Part shown: piece after piece, positions 18,690-28,217 of the stretch
How the letters are laid out: every line of letters starts with the position of its first letter
Position numbering within the stretch: the first letter of the stretch is position 1
NCBI GenBank assembly: GCA_040757555.1
Contig: JBFLWN010000006.1
Span: forward strand, 5,748-69,747
DNA: 64,000 bases
Direction of reading: 5' to 3'
DNA from: Patescibacteria group bacterium
GTDB taxonomy: Bacteria; Patescibacteriota; Minisyncoccia; UBA6257; GWB1-50-10
Translations under genes and position numbers: made by a program
Notes under the pieces: generated by a model
What the model saw: the letters and a program-made list of their open reading frames with translations, nothing else
The model's database searches: none
Told to the model about the DNA's origin: nothing

Positions 18690-20426
18690 ATGATAAAAAA
18701 CACAAAAAAAGTGGTGCGGAGAGCTCCCATGAAAGATCATGGGGACCACTCATCGAAAGACTCTCTTCGCTTCATTCCACTTGGTGGACTTGAAGAAATC
18801 GGTCGAAACATGATGTTACTCGAATACAAGGACGAGATTCTTGTTATCGATGCGGGATTACAATTTCCTGAGGAAGAAACTCCGGGAATTGATTACATCA
18901 TCCCAAACACTGCGTATCTTGAAGAGCGCAAACAAAACATAAAAGGTCTTGTGATCACTCATGGACACTATGATCACATCGGTGCCATTCCTCATGTGAT
19001 GGAAAAGTTGGGAAATCCAATGATTTATACCACGCGTCTTTCAAAAGAAATTATAATGAAGCGACAGGAGGAATTTAAAAATTCTCCGAAACCGATGTTC
19101 GACATCGTGACAGGAGGAGAAACAAAACAAATATCGAAGAATTTTGCGATCACGTTTTTCAATGTGGTACACAATATTCCCGATGGTATCGGAATGATTA
19201 TTCGTACTCCAGTGGGAAATATTGTCCACCCAGGAGAATTTAAATTTGACTATAACGCAAACGGAAAACCAATAGGACTTGATACGTGGGAAATGGTCGG
19301 CAAGGAAGGTATTCACACCCTCATGCTTGATTCAACCGGAGCAGAAACCCCTGGGTTTTCTCTCTCGGAACGCGTAGTGGAACAAGAACTTGAAAAAATA
19401 TTCAAAGGAGCTCACGGACGCATCCTTATCGGAACATTCGCTTCCCTTCTTGATCGTCTCACCGAAATCGTAAAAATTGCGGATAGACTCGGACGACACG
19501 TAGCAATCAGTGGGCGCTCAATGAAAACAAATTTTGAAATCGCCCAACGGCTCGGATATGCAAAAGTACGAAGTGGAACAATTATTCCGCTCGAAGATAT
19601 AAAAAATTATCGAGATGATAAATTACTCATTCTTTGCACGGGAGCACAAGGAGAACCGAACGGAAGTTTTATGCGCATTGCGAACGGAGAGCATAAGCAG
19701 ATAAAAATCAAAAAGGACGACACAGTAGTACTTTCCTCCTCTGTGGTCCCCGGAAACGAACGGAGTGTACAAACACTGAAAGACAATCTATCTCGTCAGG
19801 GTGCGCTTATTTACCACTATAAAATGCTCGATATCCACTCATCGGGACACGCGCCACAGGAAGAATTGAAGGCGGTGATGCGCCTTGTGAAACCGAAGTT
19901 TTTCCTTCCTATCCATGGGTATTACTTCATGCGATGGCGAAACGCAAAACTCGCACAAGAGGAATTAAAGATGAAACCGGAAAATACAATTCTTGCGGAT
20001 AACGGCGTAGTCATAGAGATGCTTCGCGACAGCGTGCGCGTGACGAGCGAACAAGTTCCCGCATATTACGTTATGGTGGACGGACTCGGAGTTGGTGATG
20101 TAGGAGAAGTAGTGCTTCGCGATCGAAGAACGCTCGCACAAGAAGGGATGGTAGTGATTATCACCACGCTTAGTAAAGACAATGGAAGAGTGTTAAAAAA
20201 TCCTGACATTATTTCCCGCGGATTTATTTATCTCAAAGAAAATCAGGAACTCTTGGAAGATATCCGAAGAAAAATTCGTGGCATTATCGGACGCATTCCA
20301 GAACAAAAAAATCAGGGACTTGATGCGGATTATGTAAAAACATTAATTCGCGATCAAATCGGCCAATTCCTGTATACAAAAACACAGCGAAGACCAATGA
20401 TTTTGCCGGTAATTATCGAGATATAG
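18690..20426 (+). CDS. rnj: ribonuclease J (metallo-beta-lactamase/beta-CASP RNase)
   Basis: HGHYDHIG motif (MBL motif 2), beta-CASP region, C-terminal domain. 578 aa is typical of RNase J. Confidence 0.9.
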   Translation: MIKNTKKVVRRAPMKDHGDHSSKDSLRFIPLGGLEEIGRNMMLLEYKDEILVIDAGLQFPEEETPGIDYIIPNTAYLEERKQNIKGLVITHGHYDHIGAIPHVMEKLGNPMIYTTRLSKEIIMKRQEEFKNSPKPMFDIVTGGETKQISKNFAITFFNVVHNIPDGIGMIIRTPVGNIVHPGEFKFDYNANGKPIGLDTWEMVGKEGIHTLMLDSTGAETPGFSLSERVVEQELEKIFKGAHGRILIGTFASLLDRLTEIVKIADRLGRHVAISGRSMKTNFEIAQRLGYAKVRSGTIIPLEDIKNYRDDKLLILCTGAQGEPNGSFMRIANGEHKQIKIKKDDTVVLSSSVVPGNERSVQTLKDNLSRQGALIYHYKMLDIHSSGHAPQEELKAVMRLVKPKFFLPIHGYYFMRWRNAKLAQEELKMKPENTILADNGVVIEMLRDSVRVTSEQVPAYYVMVDGLGVGDVGEVVLRDRRTLAQEGMVVIITTLSKDNGRVLKNPDIISRGFIYLKENQELLEDIRRKIRGIIGRIPEQKNQGLDADYVKTLIRDQIGQFLYTKTQRRPMILPVIIEI

Positions 20427-20487
20427 GAAATAGGGTTTAGGGTATAGTGATTAGAAAAACCTGCTTAAATAGCGGGTTTTTGATATG

Positions 20488-20517
20488 TTGACAGAATAGT
20501 GTACGGTGTGCTATAAT
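20488..20517 (+). promoter_or_regulatory. sigma-70-like promoter (TTGACA - 18 nt - TATAAT) upstream of small ORF 20560
   Basis: Perfect -35 TTGACA (20488-20493) and perfect -10 TATAAT (20512-20517) with an 18-nt spacer. A putative rnj terminator hairpin (cctgcttaaatagcggg plus T-tract) precedes it. Confidence 0.55.
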
Positions 20518-20559
20518 AAAGAAAGTAATAAACAATTTTACAATAATAAATAGGAAAGA

Positions 20560-20835
20560 TTGGAAATGAAACCATTAAATTTTCTTACGTCTTTTGCTAC
20601 CGCGTTGTTTTTATCAACATCTTTGATACCGGGAATTTACTCTCAATCAACGACACAATTCATGATGTCCTTGCTACTCGTGCTCGGACTCATTGCGTTT
20701 AAAAAAACAATGTCCCCCACCTTTGTTGATTTCAACAGTAAGGGGGCGGGATACGCATTTGGAATATTTGCCGGAGTTTTCTCCTTTGCAATGGGAGAAA
20801 TATTCTATTATTCGTATTTTCTCCCGGCAAACTAA
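20560..20835 (+). CDS. hypothetical small membrane protein
   Basis: 91 aa, two hydrophobic helices, preceded by a consensus promoter. A strong terminator gcccctcttcggaggggtgcttctttttt (20850-20880) follows. Confidence 0.4.
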   Translation: MEMKPLNFLTSFATALFLSTSLIPGIYSQSTTQFMMSLLLVLGLIAFKKTMSPTFVDFNSKGAGYAFGIFAGVFSFAMGEIFYYSYFLPAN

Positions 20836-20954
20836 AACATTTCAACGCCCCTCTTCGGAGGGGTGCTTCTTTTTTAAAATCACACTTCTATTTGACAACG
20901 ATGCGAGCTGGATGAGATACTACGATTAGTTCTAAAACAACTTTAGGGTGAAAA

Positions 20955-21245
20955 ATGGAAAAAATACAAAAAGGAATCGTCGCAAGTATATTGCTGTTTT
21001 TCTTAATAATCGGTTCTCATCTCCTTTTTGAGATACAATTTTCTATAGGCTTTCCGGTAATAATTCTCCTTGCTTCAGGAGTAAGCTCGACAGTGATACA
21101 ATGGAGAGAAGGAAAACCTCTTGTTGAACAGCGAGATTTTGAAGTAATAGTGTTTATAATAAGCAATATTATTCTTCTTTGTGTATCGATGTTCGTGATT
21201 TTTTATATCTTTGGGTATCCCCTATTTCCTCCGCAAAAATATTAA
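20955..21245 (+). CDS. hypothetical small membrane protein
   Basis: 96 aa with three hydrophobic segments. Terminator cccgccaaactgcgggttttttg at 21246-21270. Confidence 0.35.
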   Translation: MEKIQKGIVASILLFFLIIGSHLLFEIQFSIGFPVIILLASGVSSTVIQWREGKPLVEQRDFEVIVFIISNIILLCVSMFVIFYIFGYPLFPPQKY

Positions 21246-21312
21246 CCCGCCAAACTGCGGGTTTTTTGTTTGAACTTTTTACTTTTTACCACTAACTTGA
21301 TAAACTGATTTT

Positions 21313-22296
21313 ATGAATCCAATTCTTGTTTCCGGCATACAACCCACAGGAAAACTTCACATAGGAAACTACCTCGGTGCGCTCAAGAATTTTGTGGAAC
21401 TTCAAAATTCTGGAACATACGAATGTTTTTTCTTTGTCGCAGATCTCCACTCACTCACCGAAAATTTCGATCCAAAAGAAAAAAGAGTACAAATCAATGA
21501 TGTTATTCTCTCATTTCTCGCCGCAGGACTCGATCTAAAGAGATCAACCATATTTGTACAATCAGAAATATCCGAACACTCGGAACTTGCATGGATTTTG
21601 AGCACCATTACTCCAATGGGAGAATTGTCGCGCATGACACAGTTTAAAGACAAGTCTGAATCAGCAACACAAAATATAAACGTTGGGTTATTTAGCTATC
21701 CAACGCTCATGGCATCGGATATCATCCTCTATGACGCAAAATTTGTGCCCGTAGGAAACGACCAGGACCAACACTTGGAATTAGCGCGTACGCTCGCAAG
21801 AAAATTCAATTCAAAATTTGGGAAAACATTCATAGAGCCCCAAGCACTTCATACTGAAATCCCCCGCCTTATGAGCTTGGATGATCCGGAAAAGAAAATG
21901 TCCAAATCTCGCCCCGAAGGATGTCTCTTTTTGGACGATGAACCGGAAGTAATTCGCAAAAAAATAAAACGTGCGGTTACCGATTCGGGAAGTGAGATAA
22001 AATTCGACGAAAAAGAAAAACCCGCAATTTCAAATCTCCTCCTTATTTATTCGGCGTTTAGCGGAAAAACAATAAAACAAATTGAAAAACTATATATTGG
22101 GAAGGGATATGGAGAATTTAAATTGGATCTCGCTGAGGTGGTGATTGAAGGACTCGCTCCATTCCAAAAGAAAAAAACAGAACTGAAGAAAAAACTTCCT
22201 CAAATATTGAAAGATATCGAAAGGGGAAATAAAAAAACAAAAACAGTCGCATCTAAAAAGATGTTGGAAATAAAGAAAAAAGTCGGATTAATATAA
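21313..22296 (+). CDS. trpS: tryptophanyl-tRNA synthetase
   Basis: Class I HIGH-type motif (TGKLHIGNYLGAL) and KMSKS. The 327-aa size and N-terminal sequence are typical of TrpRS. Confidence 0.9.
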   Translation: MNPILVSGIQPTGKLHIGNYLGALKNFVELQNSGTYECFFFVADLHSLTENFDPKEKRVQINDVILSFLAAGLDLKRSTIFVQSEISEHSELAWILSTITPMGELSRMTQFKDKSESATQNINVGLFSYPTLMASDIILYDAKFVPVGNDQDQHLELARTLARKFNSKFGKTFIEPQALHTEIPRLMSLDDPEKKMSKSRPEGCLFLDDEPEVIRKKIKRAVTDSGSEIKFDEKEKPAISNLLLIYSAFSGKTIKQIEKLYIGKGYGEFKLDLAEVVIEGLAPFQKKKTELKKKLPQILKDIERGNKKTKTVASKKMLEIKKKVGLI

Positions 22297-22303
22297 GACT
22301 ACC

Positions 22304-22462
22304 ATGACCAATAAATACGAATTCCCGGGAACAGAAGAAGAGGAAGAAAAATTAGAGGGAGTTATTGTGGATGAAAAAGGAAGTGTAGAAACTCAAGAGG
22401 GATGGAATGAAGAATTAAAAAGAAGAAAAGAAGATCCTAATTGGTGGAGAGAAGAAAAATAA
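22304..22462 (+). CDS. small acidic hypothetical protein (52 aa, below ORF-track cutoff)
   Basis: ATG at 22304, stop TAA 22460-22462, translation MTNKYEFPGTEEEEEKLEGVIVDEKGSVETQEGWNEELKRRKEDPNWWREEK. It is coupled to trpS 7 nt downstream and followed by bidirectional terminator cagccccgaggggctg plus T-tract (22470-22490). Confidence 0.25.
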   Translation: MTNKYEFPGTEEEEEKLEGVIVDEKGSVETQEGWNEELKRRKEDPNWWREEK

Positions 22463-22488
22463 ATAAAAACAGCCCCGAGGGGCTGTTT

Positions 22489-25400
22489 TTATTTATTTTT
22501 CTTTATCGCAACTTTCATCGGCCACTCATCTATTTTGGTATCTATCTCCGCATGCAATATTTTTGGTTTCGAGAAAAGAATATTTTTCGCGTTTACTAAT
22601 TTCTTAAATTCAGTGTTCCATTTTGTTATCACAAACTTCAACTCCTCTGATGTTTCAATATATAACTCAATTACATCCTTTGGTTGTAATTTTGCGTCCT
22701 GACGTAAATCCTGAACAATCCTCGTAAGTTCGCGTAGCCACCCCTCTTCTTTTAATTCGTGGGTAATTACCGTATCGAGCACCATGTGGTCGTTTGTCTT
22801 CTCGGAAAAAATCACCTCTTTCACATTTATTTCATCTTTCAAAATATCAAGATACGCGTGTTTTCCTTTTAATAGCGATGTTTTTGAGTTGAGAGTAACC
22901 GAGGTAAGTGGTTGGCGCACCTTAATTCCTAACTCCGCACGTTTCGCAAGTGCGAGACTCGCCACAGCACGTACTTCATCCATACATGCAAATAAATCTT
23001 TATCAATAAACTTCTTTTGTGCTGTTGGCCACTCATCCAAGTGCACGGAAAGTTTTTTTCCGATAAGTGACTGATAGAGCGCCTCCGTAAAAAATGGGGT
23101 AAGCGGTGCCATAAGTTTACTTATTTCGAGAAGGACAAATCCAAGTACGCGTGTGGCGATTTCATAATCTTTCTTATTCTCGGGTTTTTGGAATCGCTTT
23201 CGTGAGCGTCGGATATACCACCTCGAAAGATCATCAACAAACGATTCGATTGCCTTTCCTGCGCTTCCGATATCATATGTTTCAAACCCCACTGTCGCCT
23301 TCTCGGTTGTTTCTGCAAATCTCCCCAATATCCACTTGTCGAGAAGCGGAAGGGACGCGGGAAGTGTTTTGTTTTTTACTTTTGCCCCATAAAGGTCGAA
23401 AAACACAAATGAATTATAGAGAAGTGAAAAAAGCTGGCGGGAAACCTTTCCGAGTTCCATTTCGTCAAAACGCTTTGATTCCCCCGGAGGATTTGTAGTA
23501 TAAAAATACCATCGTGCCGCATCGATACCATATTTTTTTATCATGTCCCACGGATCGACGATATTTCCTTTTGATTTGGACATTTTCTGCCCGTTCTTAT
23601 CGAGAATAAGCCCCGAAGAAATAACATTTTTAAACGGCGTCCCCTTTCCGGTAAGCACCCCAATTGCAAGAAGTGTATAAAACCATCCACGTGTTTGATC
23701 AATTCCTTCGGAGATATAATCCGCAGGGTAGGCAAGTTTATTTTTTTTATCGAATGGATAATGTGATTGTGCAAATGGCATTGCACCCGAATCAAACCAT
23801 ACATCAACTACTTCGGGTATTCGTTTCATAACTCCCTTGCATTTTTTACAAGGAAACTTAAATTCGTCGATAAATGGACGATGCAAGTCGAGTGATCCGG
23901 TCGCATCCCGCGGAACGTTTTTCATCATTCCCTTCTCGAATCCGGCATTTCTTATATAATCAAATCCTCTTTTTTCCTTTTCAATTAATTGATCTTCTGT
24001 GGACCATCCGCTGATAATGGAGTGGAGCATGTAGACGGGCCCATCGTGCGTCACCACAAGGATTGTTTTGTTTTTATATTTCTTTTCTGTCTCAATAAGA
24101 AATTCAAATAAACGTTTTCGCAAATCCGTATGATTTTCCCCATTCGGCATTCGTTTTGTGAATTTCTCTAAACGTGAACTATAATACGGCTGAAACGACT
24201 CATATTTTTTTCCATTGAAATCCCCAAAGTTGAATTCCCGAAGTCGCGCATCAAAGATGACCTTATCCTTAAATCCGACAATTTCCTTTACGGTCTCGGC
24301 GGTTTGTTTTGTTCGTGTTATATCCGAAGCAAAAATCATGTCTATTTTTTCTTTCTTCAGTATGCGCGCAGTTTTTTCCACCTGCGTTCTTCCCAAAAGT
24401 GTAAGTGGCAACTTCACCGGTTCGGGCCAACAATTCAACAAATGTTTTGTGTTATTCTCTGCCTGCCCATGACGCATAAAAATATACCGATTTGTCCCCC
24501 CTCCCAACGCCTCCTTAAACTCATCAACGCTCCCCACCACTCTCCGTGCCTCACATGAATCACACTCCCAGATTGGAAGTGGGGTGCCCCAATACCGTTC
24601 ACGAGATATTGCCCAATCTTTTACCTCACGAATCCATTCACCAAACCTTCCCTCTTTTAGATGACTGGGAACCCAATTTATTTTTTTGTTTTCAGTAATA
24701 AGTTTTTCCCTCAATGCACTCATCCCAATAAACCACGAACTGCGCGCATAATAGAGGAGCGCGGAATTGCAACGCCAGCAAAATGGATATTCGTGCTTAT
24801 ATTTTTCGGTTCGCAAGAAAAAATTCTTCTTTCTCAATGATTCAAATATTTTTTCATCTGTGTTTGGATTTTTTGCGGGCAATCCGGAAAATTCCTCAAT
24901 TTCTTCCACAAATCTTCCTTGTTCGTTCACTGTGTGGTATTCGGGTAGTCCAATTTTTTTCCCAAGCACATAATCATCCTCTCCATACATAACTGCAGTG
25001 TGCACCACACCAGTTCCGTCTGTTGTGGTAACAAAATCCGCAGCATATACTTTATAAGCTTTTTCTTTAGGGTCTATTTTTTTGATCGCGGGTATTTTGA
25101 ATAACGGCTCATACAAAAGCCCCACAAGATCTTTTCCTTTTATTTTTTCGATTTCGGTATATCCAATTTCGAGAATCGACAATCGCGGGGTTGCGAGAAT
25201 ATACGTTTCGGATATTTTTCCCTCTTTTATCGCCACAATCGAATAATCGACGTGTGGAGCGATTGCAAGCGCAATGTTTCCAGGAAGCGTCCATGGCGTG
25301 GTCGTCCAAGAAAGAATATAGGTATGTGGTCCCACTATTCTTTTTCCGATTTTCTGTTTTTCTTTTAATTTGAATTTCAAGTACACAGAGTTTTCCTCAA

Positions 25401-25995
25401 CCTCACGATACCCAAGTGCCAATTCGTGCGATGAGAGTCCAGTGCCACACCGAGGACACCACGGAACTACTTTGTGTCCACGGTATAATAATTTTTTTTC
25501 TGCAGTTGATTTAAAAATCCACCACAGTGTTTCTATATATGAGTTTTGATACGGAATATATGGGTCTTTGAGATCAAGCCAAAACCCCATTCGTTTGGTA
25601 AGCCTTTCCCACTCATCCTTATATTTCCACACCGATTCTTTGCATTTTTGGTTGAATTCGGCAATCCCAAATTTTTCAATCTCTTTTTTTGAGGAAAGGC
25701 CAAGTTGTTTTTCAACCTCAAGCTCAACGGGTAACCCATGCACATCCCACCCCCCTTTTCGCGGAACTACATATCCACGCATGGTTTTATATCGCAACAC
25801 CACATCCTTAAATGAGCGCGAAAGAACATGATGAATTCCCGGTTTTCCATTTGCTGTTGGGGGACCTTCATAAAAAACAAATTTTTTCCCCTTGTTTTTT
25901 GTAAGCGAGCGCTTAAAAATATCGTGTGCGTCCCAAAAATCAAGGACTTTTTCTTCGACGTCAGGAAGTGAAAATTTATCTAATCGTTTAAGCAT
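22489..25995 (-). CDS. ileS: isoleucyl-tRNA synthetase, type 2 (eukaryote/archaeal-like), with an inserted histidine-phosphatase-superfamily domain (ORF track extends to 26049; MLKRLDK at 25995 is the likely start)
   Basis: HIGH-region PPTANGKPGIHHVLS; CP1 editing domain; zinc knuckle WCPRCGT / CDSCEA; KMSKS. The DLHRPFIDE...CKKCKG...VDVWFDSGAMPFAQ block matches type 2 IleRS. An extra ~180 aa containing RHGQAENN ... VVTHDG sits between the zinc knuckle and DLHRP. Confidence 0.9.
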   Translation of the reverse strand: MLKRLDKFSLPDVEEKVLDFWDAHDIFKRSLTKNKGKKFVFYEGPPTANGKPGIHHVLSRSFKDVVLRYKTMRGYVVPRKGGWDVHGLPVELEVEKQLGLSSKKEIEKFGIAEFNQKCKESVWKYKDEWERLTKRMGFWLDLKDPYIPYQNSYIETLWWIFKSTAEKKLLYRGHKVVPWCPRCGTGLSSHELALGYREVEENSVYLKFKLKEKQKIGKRIVGPHTYILSWTTTPWTLPGNIALAIAPHVDYSIVAIKEGKISETYILATPRLSILEIGYTEIEKIKGKDLVGLLYEPLFKIPAIKKIDPKEKAYKVYAADFVTTTDGTGVVHTAVMYGEDDYVLGKKIGLPEYHTVNEQGRFVEEIEEFSGLPAKNPNTDEKIFESLRKKNFFLRTEKYKHEYPFCWRCNSALLYYARSSWFIGMSALREKLITENKKINWVPSHLKEGRFGEWIREVKDWAISRERYWGTPLPIWECDSCEARRVVGSVDEFKEALGGGTNRYIFMRHGQAENNTKHLLNCWPEPVKLPLTLLGRTQVEKTARILKKEKIDMIFASDITRTKQTAETVKEIVGFKDKVIFDARLREFNFGDFNGKKYESFQPYYSSRLEKFTKRMPNGENHTDLRKRLFEFLIETEKKYKNKTILVVTHDGPVYMLHSIISGWSTEDQLIEKEKRGFDYIRNAGFEKGMMKNVPRDATGSLDLHRPFIDEFKFPCKKCKGVMKRIPEVVDVWFDSGAMPFAQSHYPFDKKNKLAYPADYISEGIDQTRGWFYTLLAIGVLTGKGTPFKNVISSGLILDKNGQKMSKSKGNIVDPWDMIKKYGIDAARWYFYTTNPPGESKRFDEMELGKVSRQLFSLLYNSFVFFDLYGAKVKNKTLPASLPLLDKWILGRFAETTEKATVGFETYDIGSAGKAIESFVDDLSRWYIRRSRKRFQKPENKKDYEIATRVLGFVLLEISKLMAPLTPFFTEALYQSLIGKKLSVHLDEWPTAQKKFIDKDLFACMDEVRAVASLALAKRAELGIKVRQPLTSVTLNSKTSLLKGKHAYLDILKDEINVKEVIFSEKTNDHMVLDTVITHELKEEGWLRELTRIVQDLRQDAKLQPKDVIELYIETSEELKFVITKWNTEFKKLVNAKNILFSKPKILHAEIDTKIDEWPMKVAIKKNK

Positions 25996-26063
25996 AATTA
26001 TCAATTTTAGACGAAAAGAAGGCTTTTTACAAAAGCCTTCATTCCACACATTCCCCCCTGAGA

Positions 26064-27671
26064 TTACATGCTTTCGGGAATATTTATTCCTATTACTCTG
26101 AAAAGGTTTTCGAAAACAATTTTCGTTGCTTCGATAAGAAAAATCCTTGCTTGAAATATTTCTTCTTTTTCCCCTATTACGTGTTCTTTTTCGTAAAAAT
26201 TATGAAATGCTCGTGCAAGTTCGGTTGCATATCGCGTAAGTCGATGCACCTCAAAGTCGCTCACGCACATATCAATGATTTCGGGAAATTGTATTAATTT
26301 TCTTATCAAAAACAAGTCTTCGTTTGTGTGTAAATAACTAAGATCAATAGTGGGGTCGAGAACAAAAGTCCCTGCTTTTTCCCCAATACTTCGTGCCCGA
26401 ACATACGCATACTGCACATAATACACGGGGTTCTGCATTGATTTTTGTTTTACCGCCTCCAAATCAAAATCAATGTGGGTGGTAGGGGCGCTTGAAAGAA
26501 GTGAAAACACCACATTATCCCTTCCCACCTCATCAAGGAGTTCTTCCGTGGTGACGTATGTTCCTGCACGTTTTGACATTTTTATCACCTCATTCCCTCG
26601 TTTTACGCGTACAAATTGGTACAACAATACCTTAAATTTTTCTGAATCATATCCAAACAACTTGGTAAGTGCTTGTAATTTCGGAACGTGACCATGGTGA
26701 TTGCTTCCAAATACATCAATCACAAAATCATATCCCGATTCGAATTTCTCTTTGTGATAAGCAATATCAGAGGCAAAATATGTCGGCCTTCCATTACTCT
26801 TCACAATTACCGCCTCTCTATCCTCTAAAAACTCATCTTTCGGCGAAAACCACAGCGCTCCCTCATTCTCTTTTGTTGCCCCTTTCTTTTTTGTGATATC
26901 AATTGCCTCTTGGGTTTTTCCGGAAGAAATTAATTCGCTTTCTTTTCGAATAAGATCAAAAAGAATTCCCATTCGTTTCAAAACGCCCATATTATTTTCA
27001 AAAATATAATCGAGTCCAAATTCCGTAAGCCTCGCAACGGTAATATTTTCTTTATTTTCAAACTTCTTGAGTGCCGCGGTTACCACTTCTTCAAGATACT
27101 CCCCTTGATATCCCCCCTCGGGAAATGTAGCATCCTTTCCAAGTTTTTTTTCATACCAATACCATAACGTCTCTCCCAGTTTATCGATTTGTCCCCCCAC
27201 ATCATTATGGAGATATTCACGAAGTACTTCATACCCGCTTTCTTCGTACACGCGAGCCAAACTTTCGCCATACGGACCACCACGAGCATTTCCGATGTGG
27301 ATAGGACCGGTCGGATTTGCCGAGACATATTCAATTCTTATTTTTTTTCCACTCCCCTTTTTGTTCTGTCCATATGCACCTTTTTTTTCAAGAATATTTT
27401 TTAATTCTCCACGGAGTACGTCTTTGGAAATCCAGAAATTAATGAATCCTCCCGCTGCAATTTCGATTTTTTCAAACAATGTATTTTTTTGAAGTATTTC
27501 AATAATTTCTTTTGCAACAATAGATGGTAATTTTTTTTCTTTTTTCGCTAGAGCAAACGCGACACTCGTCGAATAGTGCCCAAATTTTCCATCTTCCTGA
27601 AACTCAATATCAAAGTGAATGTCTTCAGGAACTATGTTTTTTACTAATTTTAATATCTCCTCTTTTATCAT
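26064..27671 (-). CDS. argS: arginyl-tRNA synthetase
   Basis: Class I motif PTGPIHIGNARGG (HIGH); DALR anticodon-binding C-terminal region. 535 aa. Co-directional with ileS 15 nt downstream. Confidence 0.9.
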   Translation of the reverse strand: MIKEEILKLVKNIVPEDIHFDIEFQEDGKFGHYSTSVAFALAKKEKKLPSIVAKEIIEILQKNTLFEKIEIAAGGFINFWISKDVLRGELKNILEKKGAYGQNKKGSGKKIRIEYVSANPTGPIHIGNARGGPYGESLARVYEESGYEVLREYLHNDVGGQIDKLGETLWYWYEKKLGKDATFPEGGYQGEYLEEVVTAALKKFENKENITVARLTEFGLDYIFENNMGVLKRMGILFDLIRKESELISSGKTQEAIDITKKKGATKENEGALWFSPKDEFLEDREAVIVKSNGRPTYFASDIAYHKEKFESGYDFVIDVFGSNHHGHVPKLQALTKLFGYDSEKFKVLLYQFVRVKRGNEVIKMSKRAGTYVTTEELLDEVGRDNVVFSLLSSAPTTHIDFDLEAVKQKSMQNPVYYVQYAYVRARSIGEKAGTFVLDPTIDLSYLHTNEDLFLIRKLIQFPEIIDMCVSDFEVHRLTRYATELARAFHNFYEKEHVIGEKEEIFQARIFLIEATKIVFENLFRVIGINIPESM

Positions 27672-27753
27672 TTCCGTATCTTAACTTTACAATAAAAAAC
27701 TTCTTCGGCAAATCTTTATATTCCTAGGGTTTGTGTTACCGTAAACATATCCA

Positions 27754-28191
27754 ATGACAATATTTTCATTAAATAAGCGGGCGGGATTTGATTACGAAAT
27801 ACTCGAAACATTCGAGGCGGGCATTGAATTAAAAGGATTTGAGGTGAAATCAATTGCAAGTGGACGCGTAAGCACTGTTGGAAGTTACGCAATTGTAAGA
27901 GGTAATGAAGTATGGGTGGTAAATCTCGACATTCCCCCTTATCAACCACAAAATACACCGGAAGGATATGATCCAAAACGAACACGCAAACTTTTGCTTC
28001 ATAAAAAAGAAATTGAGCATCTCATTGGACGCACAAAAGAAAAAGGATTGACTATTGTGCCAATAAAGATGTATAATAAGAACTCAAAAATAAAAATTGA
28101 GTTGGGCCTCGGACGAAGTAAGAAAAAATATGATAAGCGCGAAGTGATCAAAAAAAGAGAAACCGAGCGCGAAATAAGGAGATTAAGTTGA
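27754..28191 (+). CDS. smpB: SsrA-binding protein SmpB
   Basis: 145 aa. N-terminus NKRAGFDYEILETFEAGIELKGFEVKSI and the C-terminal basic tail are classic SmpB. Confidence 0.9.
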   Translation: MTIFSLNKRAGFDYEILETFEAGIELKGFEVKSIASGRVSTVGSYAIVRGNEVWVVNLDIPPYQPQNTPEGYDPKRTRKLLLHKKEIEHLIGRTKEKGLTIVPIKMYNKNSKIKIELGLGRSKKKYDKREVIKKRETEREIRRLS

Positions 28192-28217
28192 GAGCAGTAG
28201 ATTGAAAAATTAATTAT

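Noticed and set aside
22784-25831. Numerous plus-strand ORFs (60-115 aa) inside ileS
   Set aside because: Antisense to a 1168-aa synthetase gene with conserved motifs throughout; none has independent support.
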